DNA of 63,249 nt, filler included, from Reticulomyxa filosa (Eukaryota; Protista; Foraminifera): the NCBI GenBank assembly GCA_000512085.1. It is 22 parts of 22 records of this genome, joined end to end, with 100 filler letters (N's around TTAATTAATTAA, not from the genome) between each part and the next. Parts side by side here need not be neighbours in the genome. Positions count along the whole stretch, not along the records: positions 47,626 to 53,564 come from ASPP01020337.1; positions 53,665 to 55,247 come from ASPP01038455.1; positions 55,348 to 57,034 come from ASPP01027772.1; positions 57,135 to 58,144 come from ASPP01011138.1; positions 58,245 to 60,739 come from ASPP01014062.1; positions 60,840 to 61,841 come from ASPP01021347.1; positions 61,942 to 63,249 come from ASPP01035641.1; 15 more parts are not named here. One strand, written 5' to 3'. Below are positions 50,701 to 63,249 of this stretch, piece after piece. The stretch's first letter is position 1. Each line of letters opens with the position of its first letter. Under the pieces are notes generated by a model, which was not told the origin of the DNA, ran no database searches, and was given only the letters and a program-made list of their open reading frames with translations. The translations under genes and the position numbers were made by a program.

Positions 50701-53564
50701 TTGCCTGACTTTTCATTTGCGGTGGAAATATCAAGATTGCAATCCCTAGAAAGACGTGCGTCAGACACCAAGTCTGATTTGGACTCCTGGAAAGCAGCAT
50801 TTTCGACGTGGCAGACACTAAACACGATATTGTTTCACAGACGACAAAAGAAAGAGCACATTGGACAACAGACATCACTTCCCGATTTGCTCATCACCTT
50901 TATTCAATCGAGCACGCCGTTGCAGACTTTTTTGAAACTGATAGAAGCACAACAAAGTCGAGGCTTACTCCGCAGCAACTCTTTGCAAAAACTGTTAGAG
51001 TTGATTGAGCTCCGCGAAAATCGGCATTTAACAGATGTGGAAAAATTGGCTGGAAAGCGTCGAAAATCACTGAGGAGTTTGTCTGCCAAGATCATAGTCC
51101 TGAGCCAGTGGCATTGTCCATTACGCGAGTTTGGAGACAAAGAGGGACCAAGAACAGATCACTTTTTAAGTCATATTGAGTCGTGTGGAGAGACGATTGA
51201 AGCGTCTGTACGTTCCAATTGGGAGACTTTATATGACTATTTTACACATTTAATTAAGGTTCGAAGTCATATCTCTGTAAACTTTCCATTTCAAATGCTT
51301 TGAACTGTAACAAATTATATACATATTGTTGGATGGGGGGGGGGGGGGGGGGGTAATTGCATAGAGCACGGAAGTACCGTTGCAAATGAAACAACAAGCT
51401 CTAAATTGCTGGGGAGTTGTATTGACACAAGGAGAGGAAACGTTTATTTCGAATAGCAAATTGATGGACTTAATTCATGACATGTTAGGCGAATACATAT
51501 CGATCTTGAAGAGATCGTGGTCGTCAGAAGCGAGCAGTGTGCTGCTGTCGAATGTCAGCAGTCCACTTCAAGCCAGTGATACCAAAGAAGATGACGCAAA
51601 CAATCGAGAGGCCAACTCTAGTAAAGAAAAGCAAACCGAGGCAGTACTGGCAAGCGTTGGAATCGATTGGAAAAGTTTACACCCTATCAAAAAGATTTGA
51701 ATTTACAATTGGTGCAACACTTATATACACTCTTGTCGATTGTATTGGTGGGCTTCAATCAACAAGTTGAACTTATTTCCTTTTTTTTTTTTTTTCTCTC
51801 AATAAAAAAACAAAACTAACTGATCCATTTGACGCAACAACTAAAACAGGGAACAAAATTTGTCGGCCCTCCAACTCCAGACAACCTAAATCTTCAAAGT
51901 TTACAAACACACGTGTTACGTCATTTGTTCGACGAATTGAAAGATCACAGCACACGTTTGTCGTCAATGATCGATGCTGCACATGTCTATGCACAGTCGC
52001 AACGGAATGATGGCGAAGCATCCACTTGGGACGCTCAAAGGGATATCCAGTTTGTGACGACCGGGTATGACCATAATTACTTGCAAGTCGAACATCTTTG
52101 TCATCGCAATTTGGTGATCATTCGCATATTAACGTATCCACCCAACGCCACGGTTCAGTCCTTTTTGAAATCAAAATACGTGTCGCAGATTTTGGTAGAC
52201 TCGATTGCACATGGATCGCCCCGCGTCCAACGAGTGGCCTTGACTCTGCTCCGCGATATCCTGCAAGTTATCACACCCTCGGAATTGATGGCCATGAATG
52301 TATTTCCAGCTATACGAACGGGACACTCCATTTCGACGCCATCCAAATCAAGTGATCCCACTAAACAGCCCAAAATGCCTGCTTTTTCGGCTCTGCAGGT
52401 TTTAAGTAAAGATGACTCTTTGACAAGCAATGTGGAAGGTGATGCTCCTGGCGATCCTGCAGACTTTATCTATCATTTGTTTGAGACTATTGGGACTTTG
52501 TTGGCCATCCAGGTTATGTTTTTTTTTAAAAAAAAAAAAAAAATCCTTTTTCATTTCAAAATAAATTATTTTTTGTAGAATGAACAAATTTCCATGAATT
52601 TGAAAAATGGATGGTCGTCATTGGACCACACGCTAAAGTGGTCGGCCGAAGTAAGACGAGATCTTGGATTACACTATGTTATGCTACTCCGTGGGCTGCT
52701 TCAAACTCCATCGTGGAAGCATTTGGTAAGCGAGTGCATCTATAAAGTGCTGACACAAACAACCCAGAGGATGGATCTGGAGAAGGGCGTTGTCATCAAA
52801 GATAACATCGACAAGCAGGAATATTTACCAATTAAACGACTAATGGGATGTTTGGCAATTCTTGGCGGACATACAGAGAGGTTACGGCCTGGATGTCGTG
52901 TCGAGTTAAAAATTAGCGAAGAAGAGGACGACCATATGATCGAACGAGGATTCTGTTTGTCTGTCAACCGATCATCGGGACTGTTATGTTATCACTTTTT
53001 TTTTTTTTTTACTTTTGTTCATAGACAGTCATACAAACATTGATGTTCAAATGAAAACTAACTAGATGTTCGGTATTATTTGATAACGTAAAAAAGCCGG
53101 TGACGATTGAAATGAAGAAAGTATTACCAAAGAGCGAAATGAGTCCATTTGGATGCATCCCGGTGACGCCACAATTGTTATCTTATTTCATTCCGTTCAC
53201 GCAGCCCTCACACTTTGATACCCGCGATCCACGCAAGAAGGAGAGCAAGACCGCCGCGGCCGAGAAAAAGGAGTCGGAACAAGCGAGCGTGAAAGAGAAG
53301 ACAAAGAAAGGAGACAAAGACAAAAAGAAAGCAAAGAAAGACAGTTCCAAAGCCAACGATTCAAGCAAGACGGAAGTAGAGCCACCTATTTCACTCACAT
53401 GGGATTGTCCCATGTGCACTTTGGTCAATTCCATCGACTACACCACGTGTGAAGTATGTTCCACGCCAAATCCAAACTCGCAAGAGATGTTGTACTTTGA
53501 AGAGCAGATCATGCATGCGTCTGCACCAAAGCAGAAGAAGGTCGACCAGGATGGTGATGATGAT
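47738..53564 (+). CDS. giant HERC2/HECTD4/ZZEF1-like protein (probable E3 ligase), internal fragment
   Basis: UBM-like LPEELQQVL; CUB-like VESAHSY..VSIPGANFLILQFDERCNTERGQDYLQL; LAILGGHTERLRPGCRV; RanBP2/NZF finger WDCPMCTLVN..CEVC. Multi-exon. No HECT domain within the contig. Confidence 0.65.
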
Positions 53565-53664
53565 NNNNNNNNNNNNNNNNNNNNNNNNNNNNNNNNNNNN
53601 NNNNNNNNTTAATTAATTAANNNNNNNNNNNNNNNNNNNNNNNNNNNNNNNNNNNNNNNNNNNN

Positions 53665-53858
53665 GAAATGATAAAGTGGATCTTATTGCAAATAATGCTC
53701 GCAAGAAAGCCCATCAATTGCAACCAGATTTGACTCAACAGCATAAACCAGCGGCATTCCTGAATAATCATGGATTAAATCACTTCTTTACAGAGCAATG
53801 GAATAGACATTGGATTTGTGAATCCAAGACATACAATGCCACGATATTTACGATCTAA
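53665..53858 (+). mobile_element. relic of a non-LTR retrotransposon RNase H C-terminus
   Basis: (G)NDKVDLIANNARKKA resembles the RNase H end GNExADxLAK, followed by EQWNRHW; decays afterwards. Confidence 0.4.
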
Positions 53859-56800
53859 CCTGATGGAGGCTCAATCATTTGAAAAGATTGTATTGCATTC
53901 ATTGATTATTTTGCGTTTCTTTTTGAGACTGTAATGTTTTTCTTTAATTACTTTTGTGTGGACCTTTCTGATCGTTTTAAGTTTTGTGAGGTTCTTTCTT
54001 TTATTTTTGTTTTCCTTTTGAGTACTGTGTTCTATTTCTTAGAACGATGTGCTATTTTAACTTGAAAGATCTGAGCTTGTGCAAGGCAAAAAAGAAGTGC
54101 AAGCTGAGGATGAAACGAGAGTAGTGCGACGCTTGACACACCCATCTAAAAAAAAACAAAAAAATATTCTCTTTTCCATTGCCCTTTTGTTCTTTTTCTT
54201 GTTGCATTTCATTGAAATGGTTCACAAGATTCTCCAAATGTTGTGTTGTTGATTTTTGAAAATGCACAAATACAGCCTTCCAAGTCATTGAGAATGTATG
54301 TGCTTTGATCAACGTCGCCAATGTCTTTCCTTTTCTCCCAAATATTTTCAATATCGAGAACGTCTCATCTTTTTGTTCATCGTCAGTGATAGAATCATTT
54401 CCGACTTCGGCTGAACCTATCTTGCGATCTTTCTTTGGTAGATCGGTTTTCCATTACTTAACAGTACTTTTCCATTATCCATGTTCATTTGTTGCAATTT
54501 CTTTGATTGATACCCATTGAATTTATCCAATTTAATTAATGAATTAGGATTTGGCAATCTGTTTAATGATGTTTTTTTTTATGGAGATAGAATGTTGCTG
54601 TTGAATTCATAAAGAAAAACAATTTGAACAGTACTAAATACACACTGCAATACAAAAAGTAAACAACAACATTACAAAAAACAAAAATAGTGTCTTTAAT
54701 GTCCTTGTGGTCGTTCATATCCTAATATCGCTTGAATGAAGCAGGCTTCGAATACCTTGAATACTGCAGCTCCAATTGCATCATGTTTAATCCTGTAAGT
54801 CTTTCTTTGAATACAGTTACATCTTTAGCCCCGATCATATATAACAATCTGGTGCTTGTAATGTATTTATAATCTTTGGAAATATATTCTTTCCAATGAG
54901 AAGTATTTTTATACATACATACGGTCTTGTTATTCAATGATTGTAGGAATGTCATTGTGTGTTGTAAATGATCTTGGAATGTTAATCTATCCAATTTTAT
55001 TGGTCCAAAAATTCATTTTTGTATGTTATCTCTTGGTGTTGTTTCTAATCAACAACATTTTGAGATTGTTGTTCTTTTGTTTATTCTTCAGGGCCAATTC
55101 CTTTCACAATCACTTCTTTCGTCTTGAATTCTCTATCTGACACATGACAAATGATGTATTTGCCTGATACTACTGCATTAATATCATTCACAATGTCTTA
55201 AACATTATCCACATTACTATTTCTGTTTAGGCGTAACACTAATTTGTNNNNNNNNNNNNNNNNNNNNNNNNNNNNNNNNNNNNNNNNNNNNTTAATTAAT
55301 TAANNNNNNNNNNNNNNNNNNNNNNNNNNNNNNNNNNNNNNNNNNNNGCTTACGTATAAAAATCCTTTGCGCTAAAAAAAAAAAAAAATTCACAAAAGAA
55401 CATGCAAAGTGATAATATGCATATGACATTGACCTCCATGTTGTAATGCTTCGAAAAGTTAGAGTGTCTTGTTATGTGTGGGATTGGAGAGTAGTCACCA
55501 CAGACAAAGTGCTGATAACGGTGGTACTATTTGTATACCGGGAATTGTTATTCATATTCGGTAAATTGTCCATTCGATAAAAGGAGTGTGGCGAACACGC
55601 AACTCAACTCTCATCCATTTTATTCGATCTGCTCTCGCTCATTGTCAATGTTATTCTCTCAACATCTTTCATTATTCTCTTCTTTTGTTTTTCTTTACCT
55701 ACTGTTTGTTGTTTTTGTTATTCATTTTTATGTTCGTTATTTTTTTTTTTAAACACATCGTTTACAGTTTTTTAACAGGCAGAGAAAGACAAAGTTACAA
55801 AAGTGGAATCCAATTAGGAATAAAGTTTGAGTTGACGCAATGAAGCAATTTCGACTATTGCAAAAAGCTCGTTTTCAAAATTTCCCTTTTTTATTACAAA
55901 ACAAAGGAAACAGTACATCTCGTAGTATTGGAAAAAAATGAATCAACGTTTATGAGATATTAACAATATCAAATGAAATTTTTCTTTACAATTTTAATGA
56001 AGGAGAACTGCAAATAGTCGGTAACAATCGAACGGAATGGCTGACAACCCCCTTTTCTCAAAAACAATGTACACAAAACTCACATGTCAGTATTTACTAG
56101 AACAAATCAATTTTCTTTTCCTTTTCTACCTCCTTCAGACATTTGTTGTTATCATATATCATATCTTGGAGGAGCAAATAGCGTTCTATGCGTTTTCGAC
56201 CGCTCACACTTACAACTTGCACACATCCAACCAAATTGGAAAAAGATAGTCTGAAAAAAGATACCCAGTCCAAAACAGGACAATCATCTTGGACATGATA
56301 AAAAAATCGAAAACATGGCAATTGCATCGACTGGGACATCATTAATTATCGAAATAGATCGTGTGCAAGCAATCACGGATTGGAATATCATTTCAAGTGA
56401 GCTTCAATAGGTATCTTATATACATATATGTATGTAATCTATCAATCTTGAGCGCAAATAACATACGACGAGGACGCATTGTTCGTGAACAGGTTGATCT
56501 GTAAACCAAGGGAACAATGAGGAAAAAACGCCGCTCGAGAACGACAACGATGAGGAGGAGTGAGAGATCGAATGGTAACGACAAATAAAGACACGAGAGT
56601 GAATGCGAGAACGAAAGTAAAATGATACGAAAAAAACATGTGATTGAGATCACCGAAGCAGTCGCAGTGGACGATCGTTTTTATGGAATTTTACGGCGGG
56701 TACTGCTCCCTATCTTTGAAAACTTTTGTCCGAGAATTGAACCATTCACCTCTCTCCGAGAAATGTTTTTTTTGAGATGAAATTTGGGGGCATGTTACTT

Positions 56801-57134
56801 TTTCACTCACAAGAAAAATGACATCAATACCCATTAGAGATTTTTAACTTTTTTTTTACTTCTCAAATGCAAGTAAGAAATCACGCACGTGGAAGAAAGC
56901 AAAGTAACTTTCCATCTTCGTTATAAGTACAATCCTGATATTCAAAAATCCACACACAAAATTGCATAAGACTTGGTCTGGAAAGAAGATAAAGATACAG
57001 AAAAATGCAAAGGTGTTGCATAACAAAAATCACANNNNNNNNNNNNNNNNNNNNNNNNNNNNNNNNNNNNNNNNNNNNTTAATTAATTAANNNNNNNNNN
57101 NNNNNNNNNNNNNNNNNNNNNNNNNNNNNNNNNN

Positions 57135-58094
57135 TTTTTTTTTTTTTGATGTACAATATATTGACATAGTAGTGGAACCTAACGCAGAAGGTGATAATGG
57201 TGGGGCATTGAACGGACCACTAAGAAAGGGAACGGAAAGAGAGATGCAGAGAAACGGTAAAAAAGACAGTAAGGAGATGATAGATAGCAAGAAGGAGAGC
57301 GAAGAAGAATTGAATTTGGAGAGGATCGTGGCCCGACGTTCATTCAATCGAACAATAAGTGAGTTGTCTGACAAAGCAGAAAAGGCACGAATCGAGCACA
57401 TGGTTCATCGACAGTCGTTGGAATTGTCACAAAAATACATGCGACATCCAATGGACGTGAATAGTCGGAATATGACGGAGGAAATGAAAAAAGAAAAGTT
57501 TGAGATGAGCATTGTGACCGAGGTGAATGAACCGCAGCAACAGCAACAGCAACAGCAACAGACACCACCAATCATTCATGTGTCAACCAATCAACAAACA
57601 GAAGCCAATAAAAAACACTTGACAAATAAAGACAATGCCAAAAACAAAAGTAGTAACAAACCTCCGAAAGACACAAAAAAATAAAGGCAAGAAAAAAAAA
57701 ACGTGAAATGAAAGATAAGTCAAATGGCAAAGATGAGACCAACAGCGTCGACGCTCAACACGATTCCTTTCAGAAACAGCCACCCCCATCTTTAGATGAA
57801 AGACGCTCTTCGTTCGACTCGTATGCATCTTCGCCATCGACTCCATTGTCCTCTTCTTTTGCCAACCCCGGACCCATTCTCACCGATGCTGCAGACCCAC
57901 CAATGCAAGACCAACACCACTATCATCATCATCATCACACAAATGACAGTTGGAGTGATGATGCTCACTTGATCTATTTGCCCAACCTACCGGAGCCACA
58001 ATTGCCTATCTCCTCTTCAGATCCAATTCAAGTTGGATCAATCCCTTCTCATAATGATAGCAAGGATGTCGCCAAGGATCCCAATGTCAACAAC

Positions 58095-58126
<32 letters not shown>

Positions 58127-58144
58127 CAAGGAAAAGCAAAAAAA
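57135..58144 (+). CDS. low-complexity (Q/H/N/S-rich) protein fragment
   Basis: Consecutive ORFs 57172-57684 and 57708 onward, separated by a frame change at A-runs. Confidence 0.45.
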
Positions 58145-58935
58145 NNNNNNNNNNNNNNNNNNNNNNNNNNNNNNNNNNNNNNNNNNNNTTAATTAATTAA
58201 NNNNNNNNNNNNNNNNNNNNNNNNNNNNNNNNNNNNNNNNNNNNGACCGAGAAAGCCGGCATGCTGGTAGAACCAGATAATAAAAAAAATTTAAAAAAAA
58301 ATAACAAAACAAAGAGAGGGAGTTTTTGTTTGTTTTCTTTCATTGAGTTGAAAATACAATTTATTTGGTAATTGCAAATTCACTCACAAATACAAACAAA
58401 AATATTGTTGCATTGCACGTTGCACTCTTTGAATTTACTTGTCGTTATTGGTAATCAGTTGTTGGTGCATTCAATATTTCAATTCTAAAAATCTAACCTA
58501 CTTTGAACTTTTTTTTATCATTGGAGCAGTACGAATTAACTTACAAGAGATATCCCACCAAATGCACAATTATGTTTTTTTCCCACAATACTTAAGAGTA
58601 AATCTTTGGCACGGAAGCACAATTTGCGAATGATGTATTGATAATGAGTTAATACAAAATAGAAGATATTCACACAAGTTCCAAAATTATATTCGAATAC
58701 GTGTAACGAAGTTAGGAGGAAGTTCGAAAAAACGTGTCAAAAACCCGCCAAAGAAAGGTATTTTATATGTTGAAAAATAGACAGAAAAACAAGCAAAATA
58801 TTTCTCACGTGAAATTGAAACTCTAATCGAATCAAAGCGAATCAGTGAGCCAAAGTGCGAATAGTGAATTTGTGAGGGAGACAAAAAAGAGTTAGTTTTT
58901 TTAATGCGTTTCGTCAAAAGTAAAACCAAACTATC

Positions 58936-60640
58936 ATGTCAACATCAAAAAAAAAAAAAAACAAAAAGATGAGTGAAGAAAGAAGTAGTGAAAAAAGTGA
59001 CGGAGATAAAAATGTGAATGATGAAAATGCAAACGTGAATAATGAAACTGCAAATGACAAGGAAGAGGATGGAAATGAGAATGAAAATGACAAGAGCAGT
59101 CCAAAGGCTCAAGTTGATCCTGATGAGAGCTCTGAAAACGAAAGCTCTTATCAACAACAACAAAGTATATCGGACATGCGCACACCGGGCATGACAAGTG
59201 AAGATATTCAAAAAGCCGTAGAAAACGAAAGTGAAGACGAAGAAGGTCTGTCTTGTTTTTAGAAAGCTGTTTTGTTATTATTATTTTTTTTTTTTAAATA
59301 AAGGGGACAAAAAGGACTGAGGCTAAGGGAGGCTTAAAAAAAAAAAGTCAGTCAGTCAGCATCTTTCGAACTCAAAAAAAAAAAAAAAGACAACACTGAG
59401 GTGGGAACAAAGGAAAAAGGAGCAGAAGAACAAGAAGTAGGACAGACAGAAAACAACCAGCAAGAGGCAGCCCCTGCAACTCATGACACGCAACAGAGTA
59501 CTGATACGAACACTTTTGAAAACAGCAACATCAGGTAAAGACTACGAAAAAAAAAAGATAAATGCACAACCAAGCAAGCAAATAAAGTTCATTTTTTTCT
59601 TTTTATTTATTATTGAAAAAAAAAAAAAACCGGTGAAAGAGAGCGTGATAAAGAACGACGTGAAAATGAGAATGACAACAACAGTGAAACCAATGAAATC
59701 AACGAAAACGATGAAATCAATAAAACCAATGAGGTCAATGCCAACAATGAAGTCAATGAAAACAATGAAAACAATGAAAACAATAATAACAATAATAACA
59801 ATGAGGGCAATGAAAAGGACAAAGAAAACGAAAATAAACCGGAAAACGAACAAGTAAAGGAAAGTGGTGATGCAAATGTGAACACGAAAGAAAAATCAAG
59901 TAAAAAGGATGATGAAAATGAAATTGAATTTTACAATGACAATGACAGTAGTAATGATAGCGATAATGACAATGATAGTGACAATAATAATAATAATAAT
60001 AATAATAATGACAATAATAATGATAACAATAATGATAACAATAATGATAACGACAATGACAATGAAAAAATCAAAGCCAATGCAAATGAAAGTGAAAATG
60101 AGAGAAAAAGACAGACATTGAAATACAAAATACCAACGTCGAAGACAATGCAAAAGAAAAGGAAGTGGAAGCTACTGAGGCTGAGGCTGAGACTGAGACT
60201 GAGACTGAGGTGGAGGCAGAAGATGGAACAGACACCAACACAGACACCGAAACAGGAACAGAGACAAAAAGTGACAATGGCAATGAAGACGACGAAAGCA
60301 AGCAGGAGACGGAAGAAAAAGCGACAAAGTGCATGTTGCAGAAGGCCATCCGCCAAAGTGCGCGAGAAGGCTCCACCGACGCATTGCAGCAACTCATTGA
60401 TACGTTACGTAATGAGCCCATACGACAAGCGCTGCCCATTGACGAAATGCTCTTTTATTGCATTAAAGTCAAGTCCCCACTGGCATGTGATTATTTGTAT
60501 TCGCATTACTACATCGATCAATACCACGCCCTAACTATTGCCGAAAGAATGTTTCTGGAACATTCCAATTCTTTGCAAGAAAATATTTCATTTTACATCT
60601 TTACTGTCTTTAACCAAATTACCAAATTCCTTGCAGTTAC
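58936..60640 (+). CDS. acidic Asn/Glu-rich protein with a helical C-terminal domain (multi-exon, 3'-truncated)
   Basis: ATG at 58936, GT-AG introns, N/D/E tracts, then ATKCMLQKAIRQSAREGSTDALQQLID..LFYCIK.. Confidence 0.5.
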
Positions 60641-60706
60641 ACTTTTTTTTTTTTTTAAAAAAAAATTGTATCAAAAACACACACAATTTTTTAAGAAATG
60701 AAAAAA

Positions 60707-60739
<33 letters not shown>

Positions 60740-61574
60740 NNNNNNNNNNNNNNNNNNNNNNNNNNNNNNNNNNNNNNNNNNNNTTAATTAATTAANNNNN
60801 NNNNNNNNNNNNNNNNNNNNNNNNNNNNNNNNNNNNNNNTCTCCAAATAAAACAATCAAAAACAAATGATTCAAACATTTTTTCCTTTTTTGTTATTTTC
60901 AATAAAATTTTAAAAATTAAAAACTTTAAAAATTGCAAACTTTTTCTTGCTTAGATATATAATCTTTGTTTTTGACTATCTTTTCTTAGAAGAGGAAGAA
61001 GCACATTGTAATTGAAGTTTTAGATAAAAAAGGAGTTAAAGAAATAGTTTAGAGTGAGAATTTTCTAACTCTTTCTTGCAAATGTGAACATGTTAAACAG
61101 TAATAATAATTGATTTTTTTGTATTTAAAAAAAGAAAACTATATTCTCCATTTATAAAAACAAAATTATATTTTAATTATTTTATTCCAAATTTATTTCA
61201 TAACAATTTTATCAAAATAATCTGTTTATCCAAATTTTATTTATCTATTTTTTTTTTGGAAAGACTTGAATAATTATTTATTGAAAATCGATCCAATAGA
61301 CATAAAAAAGAAAATTTCACTCAGACAAAAAGAGTTTTATAATTTTATTTTTTCAACTCTATCGCAAATTGTTTTGTTTTTGGATAGAAAATTGTTTCTA
61401 TTTTTTTGCATAAAAAAAATAAATAAACTCCATTTAATATCCCTTCATTAAAAACAGAGTTTTTAAACTTCTCTCCGTTTTTGTAAAACAAAATTTTTTT
61501 TTTTAACAGAAATTCAACTCCAACTTTTTTTTACTTAAGTTTCGATTGTCTAGTACTAATAAAATAAAAAAAAA

Positions 61575-61841
61575 ATGAAGCAAGCAAAGGAAGAAAACTC
61601 AAAAAATGAAGTAATTTCATTTTCACTCCAACATTCTTGCTTTAACAAAGACTGGATTTTGCGATCTTACCAACAAGAACAAATCAAACATTTTATTTGT
61701 TTCATTTGCAAACAAATTGTAAACAACCCTATGGACATTAACTGTTCACATCATGCAAATATGGATCAAGTGTTAATTGCTGGAGAGCATTGTCTAAAAT
61801 TATATCTTGAAAATAATGACAACTCTTGTCCAATTCAATCA
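61575..61841 (+). CDS. RING-variant/TRAF-type zinc-finger protein, N-terminus
   Basis: FICFICKQIVNNPMDINCSHH..GEHCLKLYLENNDNSCPI is a degenerate C3HC4 RING pattern. Confidence 0.7.
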
Positions 61842-63249
61842 NNNNNNNNNNNNNNNNNNNNNNNNNNNNNNNNNNNNNNNNNNNNTTAATTAATTAANNN
61901 NNNNNNNNNNNNNNNNNNNNNNNNNNNNNNNNNNNNNNNNNACGGATGATGTTTTTTTCTTTTTGGCGAACAATTGGTTGAGCAACTTTTCCTTTTTTAA
62001 AAAAGGGACCAACACTTTTTCTTTTGTCAATATGACGAATTCAATGAAAAAAATATCACCTAAGTGAATGGGTTATATTTGTTCATTTTGTGTACAAGTC
62101 ATGCTATTCATATGTTTGCTTTTGAAAAAGCATATTTGGAACAATAGAAAACAAGATACTCGTTTAATGTTCGTTTACTTGTTCAAACACTTGATGATTA
62201 TCATATTGTTAAGTACCAACATAAACGACAAGAAAATAAAGAAACTAGACCCTTTTTAGAAACCTTTCGTTGATATTTTCAGAATAAAGCAAATACAATA
62301 ATTTCTGAAGTAATTTTTTAAGAAATTATTTGTAATAAAAATTTTGTTGAAGTTTTTTGCACAATTGAAACAAGTGTAAATTTCATTACGTACTAAAGTT
62401 AAAAAAAAACTAAGATCACGATAGATATTAGAATCGACGCTTGTATTGTGATTTATCCAAATTTTCAAATAAAAATAAGCCAAGAAATGTATGTTGCGTA
62501 TCATATATATTTTTGCACATGAATTATGAATATTTCTATTTTCACTATTTAATTCATTCATCAAAGCTTTCTCTGATTTTTTTGCTTTTGTCTTGTATTT
62601 TTCTTTGTTGCTTTCTTTTTCTTTCACTCTTGAAGCTTCAGCAAGAAGATCTTTTTCTTCCCCTTTCTGGTTGCTCAGCATTAATTTCTGCTTGAATGTT
62701 GAAAAGATTAGGAGAGGGGTTTGTTAAAGTTTTTCAGAGTATTTTTTAGAACCTTTTTTTTGTGAAAGTAAAAACGTTGTCAAACTGAATGTTTTGTACA
62801 ATTTCGATATTTCTACAACTAACAAACTAACGTCGTGCTCCCTTTTTTCAAAAGAAGCCACTTAATCAATGGTCAAAAAGAAAATATCATCCGTTGCTAC
62901 TTCATTTTATTCAAAAACTTATGAAACATCAGCTCAAATCTAACATATACAAAAAAAATGCATATTGTAAATTAATATCGATATGAACAAACTATACACA
63001 TTTTCAAAATTTGAAACTGTTGCAGAATATTGAAATGCACAAATTCAATTAAATATTCAATTTAAAATAAACCACAAAAAATTAAGATATCAAATCATAG
63101 ATGATCAAACAAAAAAATAAAAATGAAAATAACAATGCACATGTTCTGCATAATCTTCACAGCATAATTCTTTTTTTGCATTCTGCTAGTATCAACGACA
63201 ATTTGGTGCTGGAAAAGATATAGGGTTATGCACTTCTTTGGCTATTTTG

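Noticed and set aside
59896-60439. Poly-Leu/Ile hydrophobic ORFs suggesting membrane proteins (also 5626-6044 and 45774-46159)
   Set aside because: They are alternative-frame or antisense readings of AAT/AAC microsatellites that encode poly-Asn.
8263-61941. Regularly recurring TTAATTAATTAA palindrome as a CRISPR-like or biological repeat
   Set aside because: It always sits in the middle of a fixed N44/N44 pad, so it is an artificial six-frame-stop linker.

Overview
This is not continuous chromosome. It is 22 short contigs joined by 21 identical 100-bp artificial spacers (N44-TTAATTAATTAA-N44, stops in all six frames), so gene adjacency across spacers has no biological meaning. Most contigs are AT-rich, intron-containing protist DNA. 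The WD40, kelch-like, RING/TRAF and PPR families and the pseudogene load resemble the foraminiferan Reticulomyxa filosa (inference from recall, not a search). Recognisable genes: eIF4A, SERRATE/Ars2, a TDP2-like phosphodiesterase, a divergent Piwi/Argonaute, a repeat-rich CAP-Gly protein, guanine deaminase, VIT-, RGS- and SET-domain proteins, a PPR-SMR protein, a giant HERC2/HECTD4-like protein, and several pseudogenes and retroelement relics. One high-GC contig is bacterial (two CaiB/BaiF CoA-transferases). Top lead: a spliced exon at 42383-42682 encoding an intein-like Hint domain whose terminal His-Asn is followed by only 10 residues ending in a CaaX box (KGFCEGCIIL). This could be a self-cleaving lipid anchor or a lipopeptide-release system. 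Other leads: a slicer-dead Piwi with a roughly 180-aa charged insert, an exon-modular 48-aa repeat fused to CAP-Gly, and introns with U-rich 5' ends and A-rich 3' ends that may base-pair.
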